Shown piece after piece: positions 24,091 through 38,113 of a stretch of DNA of 64,000 nucleotides; within the stretch, counting starts at the first letter, position 1, and every line of letters starts with the position of its first letter. The position numbers and the translations under genes were made by a program. The stretch is from Takakia lepidozioides (taxonomy: Eukaryota > Plantae > Bryophyta): the NCBI GenBank assembly GCA_030704615.1, contig CM060732.1:56296001-56360000 (forward strand), given 5' to 3'. The notes under the pieces were generated by a model. That model searched no databases, was not told the origin of the DNA, and saw only the letters and a program-made list of their open reading frames with translations.

Positions 24091-26417
24091 GCGTACATCC
24101 GTGGACACTTCAGCAAAAAATTTCATTTTAACATTTTTAATACAATCCAAGTTAATAAAAAAAATTGTGCTGGTAACTTGTCACTTGACCCTAAGCAGGT
24201 GGACCAAATGTAGATAACAAATAATCAATATCCTCACTTTTCATCGATTATAGAAATGTGCATCCACTAGGTACAACATTGACAAATGGTAAACAATTTA
24301 TAATTTATATTTATATTCTAATTTATTTGTCATATTATTCGTTGTAGGCTAAGAACTCGATACCAAAGGATTTTGCGGCGGCCGGCAACATCTACAATAA
24401 CGACATTGCATTTCTCTTTAACATTATTTAAGACCACAACGCCGACCATGAAATGCCGGAGCTAGGATTTGATCCCGGAATCACCCTGGTGCCACTTAGG
24501 ACTCCAATTATGCAGAAAATAGAAAGTTAAAATTAAAATATATATACTAATTATTTATTTAATCCCTCGAAATTTCAAATGGATGAAAAATTTGCAGATG
24601 AAGTTGGATGAAATCAAGCTCTAAATGAAAAATGTACCTTATTAACTTCTGCGTCCCCCTTGTGTTCATGGCACCCTAAATAACCTAAAGGACTGCCGTC
24701 AAAAATTCTTGGAGTGCCTATGGGTACCCACAATCTGATGGTTTGGGGTCTCCAGGGTTGATTTCACCACGTGGCAGAGATGGGGATGGGTGTGGGCATT
24801 TGGGTGCCTGCGGGGCTGCACCTCGCAAACAGCGGCAAGCCCCATAGCACGCAAAAAGGGTGGCAGCAGGTTGCCCGTCAGTTCATCGAAATTGTTGAGG
24901 TGGCCCCTTTCTTCGCCGGGATTCTCTACCGGCTCAAGCCATAGTTGGCCTGAGCTGGTAGGAAATTGGTTTTTTGGCAATCTCTACCTCTAAACAGCTT
25001 AGAATGGTTTTATTTTTTTCCAGGGTAGTGAGTATGAAGGCTAGCAACAAGATGACCACATGAATTTTGGGACACATTTGGGGTGATTTGGGGGTCCCAT
25101 GATAGAAATTTCCATTCCCCCCCCCCCCCCCCCCCCCGTTGGTTTTCTCATACAAAACAACCATTGTGAATTTTTGGAATCTGGCTCTGGATTTTTGGGT
25201 GGACATGCTGTAGGTGCGATATAATCAGAATCTGGATAGCCTGTAGCTATGAAAATTCTAAATGGTAGGCCATCTGCTTAGTCAAACCAATTTTTCACTG
25301 TGAAAATGGAGAATGGTAGAAAATTTATCCTAGCATTTTTGTTGTAATCTTTCTAATTAGACGGTCAAATCAATGCAGATTTTTGCAGGAGGTGCATGAA
25401 GTAGGTAGGATCACTTTCGTAGGATTCCAACCCTCTGCAATGTAGGCTTGCCATGATCTTACGCAGGGTTGGGGGTCGTCCGGGTTAACTACTGCGGTCC
25501 CTACAAATCAAGCACCAGCCTTGGCAGGTTTAGAAGCTCAATTGTACCTCTTTGCCAAGTGCTGAGGTGTTTACATTGCGAGATTGTTACATGATCAGTG
25601 CTGGTAGAGTCTAGATAAATTCGACCTACGCTAGAGAAAGCGCTTCACTCTCGTTGGGAAGACTTTGAAACCAGATCAGATATCAAACAGCTCTTCAGGG
25701 TAAGAAATTCGTTGATGCTGTGGGATATAGAGGGAATATAATGGTACAAACAAGATAAGAAGTGGGACCTATCCGTGGCTTCTTTGTGGAGGATATTACT
25801 GTGGAGCTCTTGAGGAGTTATATCCTGGGCTTGAATGTAGGTCATCTTCTTGATGTTTCTGCCTTTGTTTGTGGATCAAGATCCTCAGATTGCAGCCAAT
25901 CTCAATTCTTCAGTGTATTCTATGAATGAGACATTTGGCACCAGCTTGAAACTTCGTCTTATCCCTGGTGTTCGTACTCAGGTTGATGTGGTGAATGCTC
26001 TTCCTTACATTCTTCGAGCTACTTTACATGTGTCAGTTTAGACATTGCCACCAGGTCTGAAATCAAAGAGTTTTACACCAAGAGTAACCAATTGATTCTA
26101 CACACGCAACCCCTCGTTAGAATCAAGTTTCGCCCCTACAATCAACTAGAAAACTATTGCATCCATAACGGTAATCACCAAGTGTTGAGTGAAGAACAAC
26201 TGCATTCTTAGACAGTCCATTTAGAGAGAACAAATCTTCTCCACTGGGTCTTATTCAGTAGAAGAATACTGAATCTAAGAATTTCAATAAATTATACATC
26301 CAAAAGAAAAATTATACAACTCTGGAGACCTTCAGTAAACTAAAATACAAATCAGTTCTGCCCAAGCTTGACATCCTTGTGCAAAGATGGATTGTGGCAG
26401 AACATTGGCAAACAAAT

Positions 26418-29400
26418 CTACGATTCCCTGGAGATTTTGACCCCACTGCGATCTGTGGGCTTCATTTGTGTGAGCTGAGCTATCAACTTGAAAAGTGGGA
26501 TTGTCCCAATGGCAATAATCTCCAACCGTGCTGTGTGGGTTGCATGTTTGAACAGAGATAGTCCAAAACCAATGAGCTGCACCAGCAGCCGGCAAACACA
26601 CTCTTAGAACTTGCAGTCTGCAAAGTATATCGTGGCAAGCAACATATCAATCTGAGAGCCTCATGAACTCCATGGCGACTAGGACCACCAAATGACAGAT
26701 TGCACTACCATATAGATGTGGTACTTCTGATGTTGATACCCACTGCCCATCACACGCAGTGACTCCACAACATATGTATGTGTCTGTATGGAGAGGGAGA
26801 GAGAGGGAGGGGGAAGGGGGGGGGGGGGGGGGGGGGGGGGGGGTGGGGTGGGTGGGGTGCACGTGGTTGGGAGCAACAACTTCTGAAAAACTCATCCAAC
26901 TGAAGCACCGATGGAAGGAAAATTAGCTTACTTCCAAAAGATAGAGCCGTGATGACAAAAAGCCTTGCCAATGGTAGGGCTCTAGATCGAAGAAGGCGTC
27001 AAAGAAACGTCTTGTTCCCGCCAAGTTGAGCTGCAGCCATCAGCTCCCAACGTTACTAAGCTGCCTTCGAAGAGCTCAAAGTCCATGCATGAGGCTGTAT
27101 AAAGTTCACAAACTTAAAACTGATATCCACCCAACTTGCTAATTCCAAACATCTTCAAAGACTACTATATTTATTCTCTTTCCAGAGGAGAACCAATACC
27201 ATCATATTCTCAGAAATGCCCAAGTGTGTTTCATGTCTGGTGTTTGGAAGAGATTCCTGCACCTAAGTTAACTATTCCAAAATGGTTCCCTTGGGACTTC
27301 TAACGAAAAATTCTAACTTTTAGCCTATGAAATGTCGGCCTTGTGGCAAAAATCCACCGCACAGTCAAGGGTGGAGGGTTAAGTTGGATTTGAAACTAGT
27401 TCTTCTCGTGTGGATCGATCTGTGGATTACAAAAACTCACCTTCAAAAGAACCTCCATTCCAAAGCAGAAAAAGGCACGCTGTTGTTGTCTATCCAGTGG
27501 CCACAAGTCTGCCCACACCCCTGCGGCAAGCTCATCTCCTTTTGGGTGACTCATTGCCTGTGTCAAAGAGTCTGTTGCACTCAAACCACTAGCACTAGTA
27601 GAGCCATGGGGGCTGTAGGATCCACCTAGTCTCCGAACTACAGCATCTGCCAGTATGGGTGCTGCAGCTAGTGTTCTTGCCACCATATACCCTGCATAAC
27701 CCAGTACATTACTAAGAATGATTTCTCTGACACATGCAATCTATGCTTGTAACTGGAGAGTGGTAGAAAAAGAGATATACCCTGAGAGTTCTTGCATGGT
27801 AAGAAAGTGACATAACAGACGTGGAATGAAGTTCGGCAGAATTAGAATGCTCATGCCTACTGTGAACAATTCAAGCTGTGGCAAAGGGACCAGAAAGGGA
27901 CGCGTAGCTGTACCAGTGGAAGGATGGACCATGCCAGCAGTTCCACCAATGCCCAGCACTCTTTGCGGGATGACTGGAAGTGCCCCACCCATTGGAATGA
28001 CACATTTCCTGAACACATGACACCCATACACGATGATGCTCTGACAACGAGAACCAAAGACAGACAAAAGAAAGAAAAGAAAGGAATGCAGAATCCACCT
28101 CTTACTCATTCAGACACTAACCACATGAGCAGAGACAGCATCCTTTGCACAGAGGATCAGAGGTTTGGGAAGGCGACCGAGGATAACAACGTACTCATCT
28201 TCTTCAATGCTGCGAACAGCTATGCCCAAGTGCTTGAGGCGTGCCTCCATCCGTCGTTGGATGACATCCATGGGGACTCCCGGCCTTGCCACCAGCGATG
28301 TCTCCTCTGTATACTCCAAAATCAGATAAAAATATTCCAAACACATGGCCAACTGAACAAGAATGTGGGCTTACTCCTATTTTCTATGGCGACACAGAGA
28401 ACAACACCAAATCAGCAATCAGTGATTTTATTAGCGGTCAGATGTTCATGGACTCAAATGGAATTCTCCCACCAGAGGGGTAACACTAGGTCTGTTTCGG
28501 TGCACATATTTCCAGAGCATTTACATGTAGTGAAACAGACTCAGCTTGCCAAATCCTTGCCATCATCGAACCCGAACTTTCAACAGTGCAGCTGGGCAAA
28601 CCATAAAGAGCGTACCTTCCACTGTACCCCATCAGTATCTGTGGACCTACATAGTACTGAGCGACAGGGGGGGGGATAAGAGAGAGGGAGAGATACCTAG
28701 AAAGATGTGGTTGGCAGAGAAGGGCATTGCATATAAGAAGGTGGGGAGCTTAGAGTTGTCTGCCATAAGACCCTTGTCAAAATGCAAGTGGGAGTCCCGC
28801 CAGTCCATAAACAGCATCTTGTCCAAATCAAAGGGGTGATCATCTACCTGCAAAATATCAGCCCCAAATTTATTTCTTCCTTAAATGCTTCCACCAGACT
28901 CTGTCATCTTCAATAGCTTCTCTTTTCTCAAACGCCCCTGCCTGATGAAAAACCCAGCTGTTTTATCCTAACCCTCCCCCTCTCCTCTCGGGTCACTGCA
29001 CTAGTTGGGCTCAAGCAGAACCCCTCTCTGATTTTCTCCAAACTGCTGTAAATTGAAGATATTGAGCCCAGAGACAGTCATGTTCTCACCTCAGCCACAA
29101 TGCCATAAGCAATTTGATAACCAGGGTTGAAGGGCTTGTCATATTGCACCAACCGCCGGGAAAAGCCTGTGGCATCCAGCACTATAGCTGCCTCAATAAG
29201 AGTGTTGTTGTCACATGTCACATATGACCGATCGTCACGGTGTGAAACATTCATAACCTGTACACTTCAGTGCAGTCAGCTTCAAAAGACCATTGCTGAT
29301 GCCTAAACCTAAATCACACATGTGAAGGAGAAATGTCAGTTGGGGCAGGGGACTGACTATGGTATGAGCAGCCATATGATAGAAGAATATCCACTTACAT

Positions 29401-30504
29401 AAAATACTCTCTGCAACTTCCCTAGGGTTATCAGATGGCATGATTGTTGGAGTGAGAAGCAGACGGTAGAGCAATTTGATGTGTAATAAAGTGAAATTCA
29501 TGCACTCTTTTCTGTGCAGTAACTAGCAACAGAAATGATTCTCATGGGTACCCAGGTTGGGTTTCACCATTCCTAGTGTCCCTCAAACGCTTCATTGACA
29601 TTACAAAGCTGCATGGATTTTTGCTTTGAATAGGGTCTTGCACATGTATGCTGCAATATCTCAAACCAGATCACATGAATTCGAGAAGAATGTGAAAAAT
29701 GGCCAGGTCAAGGCCCTTCAGCATGTCCTGAGGAATTTGCAATTATCATCAAGATCCCAGGCACTGGGGTACCAAATCAGGGAAAACTGCAAGAATTTCA
29801 AATCCATTGAGAAATGACCATTCAAAAGGCTAAGTTACAGACTGAAGGAAGAAATATCCGACCTTTGATTGATGGAACTGAACTCCATGGGAAATGCAAG
29901 CCTCGATCATTTTGGACTTCAAGCGCGTGCGATTGACACGGCCGTAAGGCCTCTCCAAAAGTTTCTTCCTCGTGTCATCGAGATACACAACAGCGCTTCC
30001 CCAGGTGTAATCCAAGCAGTCCAGTAAATCCATGGCCTCGAATTCGTCAACCCAGACCCCATAATTGTTTGGCCACACACTTTGAGGAGCTGGATCGATA
30101 CAACACACACTCAACCCTTCTGCAGAAACTCTCTGTGCCACTGCTAGACCCGCAGGCCCCGCCCCCACTACTGCTACATCTACCTGACCGTGCTTAAAGG
30201 GGTCGAACCGCGGTAAATCATACTTGAGCTTCTTGGTTATAGTTTCAGGCACAAGCTCTAAGAGCGCACTTGCCCTGCAAAGAGGAAGCCCTGGTTGCGA
30301 GACCCACGTGGACTTTTGGCGACAGGTATTGTGGGGCCTGGGCGAGCAAGATGAGGTCTCACTTCTGGTACTAAATTCATTAGATGATATCTGTACCTTT
30401 GAGGATTGACGGTCCTTCTTCGAGGTAGGAGAGACGGGGGAGGGGAGTAGACAGATTCGCGAGTGAGAAATGGCCACTCTCACCTCCGCCAAAGCCATAG
30501 CCAT
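26418..30504 (-). CDS. LCYB: Lycopene beta-cyclase, chloroplastic; 8 exons: 30504-29863, 29257-29090, 28847-28697, 28306-28195, 28008-27914, 27691-27441, 27030-26932, 26576-26418
   Basis: ALLELVPE, VAVVGAGPAG (FAD-binding), WPNNYGVWVDEF, VLDATGF, FMDWRD, IFLEETSLV, IPMGG...GGTAGMVHPSTGYMV, FFDAFF. GT-AG junctions join all exons in frame. Confidence 0.93.
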
Positions 30505-32749
30505 GAAGCAGACCCACTCACTCACTCATATCCAGCAAGCCCAACAATCTGACACCGCGCTTCCTGATAAGAGAAGGGGTTACCACATGCCTGACGCAGT
30601 CCAATCACTCTCAGCTTTCTCACAGTCGTTTCAGTCACGTACACCAGCGAAGTGATCGAAAAATCCACCACAGCTCAAGAAGGGAAGACTCAAATCTTTC
30701 TGCCCACCTCATGCATCACAGATTTTAGCATGACCCACCACAGATTATGGCCAAAGATCACTGTTTGCGCACTCCATGCAGATAGACACTGGCTATCTAA
30801 TGTGTTCGCACGGATTTGTGCAGCATTTGTGTCCTCGTTATCCTAAACCCACGAGAGCAAACATTCAAATGGAACGAGCTGTTGATCGTTTCCACTTACG
30901 TTTGTGGCACACGAACTCCTTATCGTCGGCTACTACTCGACGACGGTACGTGAAGCGCATCCAATCTCCGACAAGATCAATCATACCCTCCCTTATGTCA
31001 TCCGGATCCTTGGCTACTGCGTACTATGTATGGCCTAACTCCGCGCGTGTGAGACCGCTCATTGTAGCTAGCGGAGCAGATCCGACTTTAGGGTTACTCA
31101 TCATCCCTTTGTCACCTATTACTCATCCATCAATCTTGCCAACTTACTCATCGCATCCATTGTATTTCACCTTCGACAACCAAGTTGTAGCCCACTCGTA
31201 ATGGGCACACACCACCTCCGAAGTGGTTGTGGGTTCAATTCATCGATTGGTGTCACCTCCCGGTTCGGAAAGCAGGAGTCCTTCGGGGTCGAGATGCCAT
31301 AGTTTACGCTTCCTTCTGGAGATGTCCATGGACACTGGACACCTTTGTGACACCAATTGATGGATTGAACCCAGAACCACTTCCGAGGTGGTTTGGACCT
31401 AGAACCTCATTTTTTTTTTTTTTTCATATTCTTTCAATTGTCTTTGCATAGGAAGCAACGTTCAAGCAGTCGATAGATGGTGAGTTTAGTTCCTGACTTT
31501 GGATACCCACCCACTAAACTTGCGATTCGCCTTATCCTCTAACCTTCCTACAGCGATCATAAGCTTCATAGCACAAATGGGGGCGAGTAGCTGCGACTTG
31601 TACAAACAGAGAGGCAAACAACATGCAGTGAGTGACGATTAGGTTTGAGGAGGGTGTGTCATTAGGCGGGAGATGTCCGCCGTCATTCGTGGGCAGCCAT
31701 TACGTCCTGGTAGGGTGCGGCTGTGGTTCAGCGTATGCTTAAGAGTATTAGGGTATGTATGCTTGCATTTGTTTGTGATTGTTTGAGAGGGAGGTCATGG
31801 AGGTGTTTGTGCAGGCTTGCGGGAGCGAATCGCCCTCGCAAGCCACGCGCTCTGAAGGAAAAAGCTAGGGAGCAAGGTCCTGCAAGGCAAAGTGCCAGAC
31901 TGAAGACGATGAAGACTACGATTCTGCATGAGGGCTCTTCTGAGGACGATGAGGACGATCCACTCCTCCCACGCCAGTGCGAGGCAAGTGCGTCGTCGGC
32001 GGATGCCACGGCAAGCCGAGGAGAACATGCCCATGCTCATGTCGCAGGACAAAAACGCCCATCATCTACACTACGAACACCTTCTCCGTCTGTGAGTTAT
32101 AGTTCTTCACAATGACCATGATTCAAATTATGTATGTTTTTGGTAAAATCACGAAGAGATAGGGTATGGTAAGATCATGAAGAGATAGGGTATGTCTGTC
32201 AAGACAGGGAAGTTGGACAATGCAGGGGTCAGCCAAGGCACAATCACAAATGATTTCCACTAGACAAGTTGAAGTGCCAAAGGCATGATGTCAGGCCAAT
32301 GTAGACTTCAGGTGTGTTCAAATTCTTTGCCCCATGAAACCAACGTCCTGGTACTAAGCTACAATGGCTACTTATAGAGATACTTGGGTTACTTATGCAC
32401 CCAGAATATCAGTATAACTTGGAGGGATACTTCTCGGGGACCCATCAGGTTTGTCCATTTGAATTCTTGCTATGGATTTCAGGAACACCCCATACCTAAG
32501 AGGGCTCAAAAATGTATTGGGAGGACATCATTGGGGCCAATCAAATTTGGGAGATTTACTGCCCAAGATCATACTGAGTTTTGGGTAATCTTGTCTTTAC
32601 AAATGATATGTGCTTCCAGTTTGTTATATTGAATTCAAGGATTTGCTGCTTGCTGCCTATATGTATGTGTAATCACCCACATTGTACTGGGGGAATTTCT
32701 TTTTAGGGCAAACACAAGCGCACTGGATCCACGATCCCTGCTGCTAGCA

Positions 32750-33706
32750 GTGGAGATGGCGCCCACAAGAACGCAGGAGGTGGCCCTAACTCTCCCATCG
32801 TTGTGGGTTCTGTGCCACCAGTACCCCCACCTTATTATGGTATGCCTCAGTATCCGCAGTCTGGCACTCAGTATGGTCAGGGTCAATATTGTGCTCCTCC
32901 ATATGGGCAGTATGGCCAGTATCCTCCTCCACCATATTTGCCACCCCCTAATAGCTATGGGGGTGGGCAGGCCACCGGAATATCCTCCTGCTTATGGACA
33001 GTATGGCCAGTATGGTCCTCGGCCTTCAGGCCAACAGCCATGGCCACCAGTCCCTACTTGGCAAGATCCTGCTTTGAATTCTCCTGAGCGCACGGAGGTC
33101 TCTGAAGGAGGGGAGGGTGCCCTTTCAAAGAATGATAGAACCAATGCTTTAAGGAGGGCTACTAGCTCAGCCAAAATTGAAGCTGCCAAGGTGAAGGAAG
33201 AGAGAATAGCTGCAGGTCTTCCTCCCACGGTGATTTTGACGAACCTCAAAGGAGCCCCGTATGGTCAGACCCGGAATGTATGGCATGCTGCCCTTAAAGG
33301 ACAGGCTTATCGCAAGCTAGATTGTTCCCTTGCCATCAACAACCAACCTGATGAAGTTGTATACGAAATCAGAGATCACCTGGCTAAGCTATTTTCATAT
33401 ACGCCACACAAGTTAAAAGACTTCCACCTAAAACAAACAATTGGCAGAATAATGAAGAGCCAACGTTATGAAGCACACACTGCGTGGTTGGGTGGTAAGG
33501 GGAAACCCATTACTGTATCTGACGAGGTATGGAACAAGCTTGTAAGTTACTGGCAGACAAAGGTGTTCCACAAAGTGTCGGGCAACATGAAGAAGGCAAA
33601 TGGTGCAATTCAGAATCCTACCAAGACTGGCCGTGGTGGGAAGGCAATGGTGGAAGCACACTTGGTAAGTGGCATCATCACGACTTTGTATTTTGTTCCT
33701 CATTGA
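32750..33706 (+). CDS. CACTA/En-Spm TnpA-like (Ptta/En/Spm-type) domain exon, part of a spliced gene spanning ~31800-35660
   Basis: KPITVSDEVWNKLVSYWQTKVFHKVSGNMKKANGAIQNPTKTGRGG resembles the Ptta/En/Spm transposase-associated domain. Splice donor at 33665. Confidence 0.6.
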   Translation: MEMAPTRTQEVALTLPSLWVLCHQYPHLIMVCLSIRSLALSMVRVNIVLLHMGSMASILLHHICHPLIAMGVGRPPEYPPAYGQYGQYGPRPSGQQPWPPVPTWQDPALNSPERTEVSEGGEGALSKNDRTNALRRATSSAKIEAAKVKEERIAAGLPPTVILTNLKGAPYGQTRNVWHAALKGQAYRKLDCSLAINNQPDEVVYEIRDHLAKLFSYTPHKLKDFHLKQTIGRIMKSQRYEAHTAWLGGKGKPITVSDEVWNKLVSYWQTKVFHKVSGNMKKANGAIQNPTKTGRGGKAMVEAHLVSGIITTLYFVPH

Positions 33707-34544
33707 ATTGCTATGTGTATATGGTCAGCCCTTACATTGCTTACTGATTTGTGGCACGGGTTTGTTTGTGGCATGGATTAATTTGTAGGAAACACTATCA
33801 GGGTGCCCTCCTACATTATATGAAATTCAAGAGGGTTCAGTGTCACGGTTGTCAGCTGGGAGTGACAGGCGGGTAAGTGTGTTTTCCACGTTTGCTAGAG
33901 TGGTTGCTGCATCATAGGTTGCTAGGGTTTTTTTCAAGGCTTTTGGCCTGGGTTTTCTTTCCAATGGTTGTTCATGCTAGGTTTTTTTGGTTTGATTCAT
34001 ACTTGGGCAAGTTTTCATGGATTGGCAGGAGGGAAGTCTCGCATATTCTACAGTAGTTGGCAGGATGGATGGCTTGGACAAACTGGTGGAATCACAAGGA
34101 CGTGACATGGCAGAATTAAAATTACAGATACAGAGTATGATTGAGTACCAGAAAGCCATTGTGACCAGATTGGGGATTAATCTACCAGGCGCAGGACCAG
34201 TGACATCTAGGATGGATACGTCTGCTGTGACAGTATCAAAATGTTTGGAATCCCAATTTCAGACGGTAACTGGTACTCACTCTAAGCCCTTATGTCTTCC
34301 TGTCACTGATGATCTTTTGAATTTGACCGAGCAGCAGCAGGATACAGGGAAGGCCAGCTGTGAGGTACACGTGGAAATTCAGCCCTTGCCACGTACAAAG
34401 GCAGTAGCAGTCCAGGGGGCAATGGTGACAGAGCCGCCGGGCACACCGGATTCTGGTATGTGCAACTATGTGGGAGTTTACATGGGGAGGAAGAGGCAGA
34501 CGGGGACAAAACAAACAAGCAGGTTGCTTTAATTTCTCCTGCTC

Positions 34545-35195
34545 ACATGTTGAAGCCAAATGTCAGTTTACTTCCTGGACCAATGAGGAAGCATTTACTA
34601 ATTCTGGACTTAAATGGTCTGTTATGTGAATCTTTTCATTCTGCTAATGGGCATGCATCCCTTCCCAAAGGTTTTGTGGGGAAGATGTGTGGCAAGAAGA
34701 TGGTAGTTTTGAGACCACGCTGTTATGACTTTTTGCAAAAGTGTTTTGAACACTTTGAGGTGGCGGTGTGGTCTTGTTGCCAAGCTCGCAACTTCTTCCC
34801 AATGGTGGACTATATTTTTGCAGCCCACACTAACCTGGTTTTCCAGTGGGATGCCTTCACTGTGATGAGGATCCAGTCCTCCCATGCCGTAAGGGGTCTG
34901 ATTCAAAGCCATTATATTTCAAGAACTTGTCTACAATGTGGGCAGACTGGCCAGAATGGACTTATGAGGACACTGTTCTTGTTGACGACACACCAAGAAA
35001 GGCGGCAAACAATCCTCCCTTCAGTGGGATTTTTCCAGAGCCATAGAAGGTGCAACCAGATTCACCAACTGATGAGTATCTAACAGAGGTGTTGTGGCCT
35101 TTCTTGTGGAAGGCATCGAAAGCTGCCAGTATTCCCAAGTTTTTGGAGTCTCAGCCTGTTTTCGGACAACAACCATACAACACTGCTACTGTGAA
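34545..35195 (+). pseudogene. FCP1/NIF-like HAD-superfamily phosphatase domain (frameshift near 34850)
   Basis: LLILDLNGLL, LRPRCYDFL, FEVAVWS, YFKNLS, TVLVDDTPRKAANNP. Confidence 0.8.
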
Positions 35196-35658
35196 GGTAC
35201 AAACATTCTGACAGTGCTCCAGAGGCAACAATTTTGTGGGTCATTCATTGCATTGCTTTCCTGGATGCTTCTCCTCGGTTTGATTAATGCTAGGTTTTCT
35301 TTGCAGCTTTTCATGTTGGCTTTTTTTGTTTGATTCATACTTGGATTTTGTTTCTATTCACTATTCTTGTTTGCTCATTGTTTTCCTGGTTGTTCTCTGG
35401 TCTGTGACACAGGAACTTGTGACAAACAAAGGTGATATTGTAGGGGTATCTTCAAGCTCAACAACCTTCTCCTTAAATCACCTGTCTTCAAGCAGGCCCT
35501 CCAACTCGCATGGTTCCAGGCAGGTTCTCCAACCCAAAGCCCTACGGATAGATTCTTGGCCAAACTCAAAGCTGTAAACGCTGTCAATCAAAAGCTTAGT
35601 CTAGACATGGCAGAAGCCCGCAAAAGAAAGGTTAAAGCCCTTACCAAATGGCTCAAGA

Positions 35659-37130
35659 CACTACAACAGATGAGCGTTTTTATGACTTCACATATGACTA
35701 TTTTTTAAGTCTTATATGCGTTCATGACTACATCACTCTGTAGTGAAAAAAGCCTTGTCATAGCGACTAGTCTTTAGGACTGCGTTTTGCAAGTCATATC
35801 CGTGACTGCTTGCGTGGCACCTGGAGTCCTGCTGCAGAGAGGGTTGCAGTCACAACTATATGACTACATTGTCTGTTGAGCGCTGCCTACATGGAGAGGC
35901 TTCAGCGGGATACGTGCGCCACTGCGCAAGCTACACGTCATGCATTCGTCAGGGGATCATATGACTATATGTCTGCAAAGTGATGCCTACATGGAGAGGC
36001 GACGGATGGACACGTGCGCCACTGCGAATTTGACATGTCACGACTTCTTGCCATGATCATATGACTACATGTCTGCACAGTGATGCCTACATGGAGAGGC
36101 GCTAGCGGGACACGTGTGCTATGGCAGATTTCACACGTGGTGACTACATGACTCGCTCATATGACTACAGGGATGTCTACATGGAGAGTTGTTAGCGGGA
36201 CACCTGTTGACTTGAGATGCGACATGTGGCACACAGACAAAATATATGACTAGCATATATGACTACGGATCTTTACACGTGGTGAAAATATGGATAAAGA
36301 ATGTCGTGTCATATACTGCCACGTGTTCTGGTTTGAGCAAGAGTGATGTCACGTGTCATCAAGATTGTTTTCCGAAATAGTTTATATTTTTAATGTTCAT
36401 ATTTTATTTTTTAGTTTTCATTTAATATTTAAAAGAACAGGAGATTGCAACCTTGGAAAATTTGTTTTTAATGGTATTATTTTTAATATTATTATTTAAA
36501 ATGAAAGTGAATTAAATGATTTAAAATCTTCATTACATGGTGAAATTCCAACATGAAAACAGAATGGATCCCTCCTGCATACTATCAACCACAAGGAGAA
36601 TGAAAATAGTCAACTACAGGGCAATACAAGCCCTATAAATCACATTACAAAAATCCAAATGAGACCAATGTCCAAATGGACACCTCAAAAGCCACAAGGT
36701 CAAAAAATCCATGCCTCAAAAGGCCTAGCCAAAAACAAGCAAGCCCACACATGGGCTGAATTGTTGTAGCTAGTATGTTCTAGTGCTATTAGAATCAAGA
36801 ACTCTGTTAAACAGTGCAATACTGACTATCCCTTCCGCACCTCCATAAGTTTCAGTAACTTTAGACTCCAAAGTGTTGTCTGGCCAACCACCTGCCCCAA
36901 CTCGGTCTGTTTCCTAATACCATTCACATATGGTAGAGGGGTGTTACTGACACATGCCTCTTTGACGTACACACAGGTATAATCAAGGGGCACAGCATGG
37001 TACCCGTAACCCACCACAGCACCTTGAAGAGCAACAATCAGCCCTACTCCACATTTCTTGCGTTTGGAGTTCACATCCAACAGCCGAACCTCGTCACCCA
37101 CCCTGAACTGTGATCCCAACTCCACACAAA
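35659..37130 (-). mobile_element. One arm of a CACTA element: terminus, subterminal repeats and the 3' end of a TNP1/En/Spm-like ORF
   Basis: CACTACAACAG at 35659. Repeated ATATGACTAC, CTACATGGAGAGG and CACGTG motifs up to ~36360. ORF 36826-37125 (-) (YHAVPLDYTCVYV...TPLPY...LGQVVGQTTLW) resembles En/Spm ORF2 C-termini. Confidence 0.55.
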
Positions 37131-37134
37131 AAAG

Positions 37135-38113
37135 AACACGATGTGAAAACCCATGACATACACACGACTAGGACACTCAACATTTGCGAATTAAAGAGAG
37201 CCCCAAGGTTGGAAAAAATAAAACAGACAAGACAACGGCCTGGACTTACTCCATTTGCAGTCTCCAGTGGTTGTGAGACCTCTTTTGGGGGGCTACTCGC
37301 CGGGTCGACACTCTTGCCCCTCGTTCCTTGGAGAGGGGCGAGGGAGAGGAGCCCGGCTTTCATTCAAACGATTGTGGAGTGCTGCACCTACACAGACGTC
37401 AGAGTTCTGGATTTGTCAATGGGCACAAGTTCGTCTCTTCAACATTCGGATTTCATGAGGTGTGATTCAGCTTGCACTTTCACTACTTCCCACCGTTCCA
37501 TATGTGTATTTAATGTCTGCTTCCTTCATTCTATTCCAATGCAGGTGCTTCGTACCACGCTTGCAAGGCCAGTGCCCGACATCTCTTTGGGATTGAAGGG
37601 GATGCTGAGATTTACAAGAACCTCCTGATGGGTTTGGGTGGACACACTTCTCAAAGCCCCGTCCCGCTGATATTGATACAGAGGAGACTTCCGACAAGGA
37701 GCTGGACTCCGACTTTGCCTGTGAGTAAGTTCAACCTGTGGATGCTTGCATTGTTGTTTCAATATCGAAAATCACTCTTCTTGAGGCAAAGTTCACACGG
37801 CAGACATCCTCTTCGTTGGACTTGTGTATTGCATATTGTGTTCTGAATGGGTTTTTGTCGTCATGTGCAGGAGTCCCCGTGCTTCCACTTGCCCTCCAGG
37901 GCTATCACACCTATTTGGACTTCTTTCTAGTCCTCCTCGGTCTTACGTGCTACCTGTCTATGCAGAGGCACTTGCAACAAGCATGACCGTTCATGGCACT
38001 CGGAGTCCACCCATCGACGGCCGTGGTAGAAGACGTGGTGTTGGGGCCAGAATCTTTGTGGATGACATAGCACAGGAGGTCGAGACTGATTCTGATGACT
38101 GTGACACTTGATA
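37135..38113 (+). pseudogene. C-terminal part of an N4/N6-type (beta-class-like) DNA methyltransferase, spliced
   Basis: With intron 37429-37544 removed: WRGARERSPAFIQTIVECCTYTDVRVLDLSMGTSASYHACKASARHLFGIEGDAEIY, matching the K-P..L...LI...S..GD.VLDPF.GSGTT..AA...GR...G.E SAM-binding signature. The N-terminal catalytic motif is absent. Confidence 0.65.

Noticed and set aside
26806-26858. Poly-G tract and poly-Pro ORFs (also poly-C at 25116-25137)
   Set aside because: Intronic or intergenic homopolymers of unreliable length; no coding evidence.
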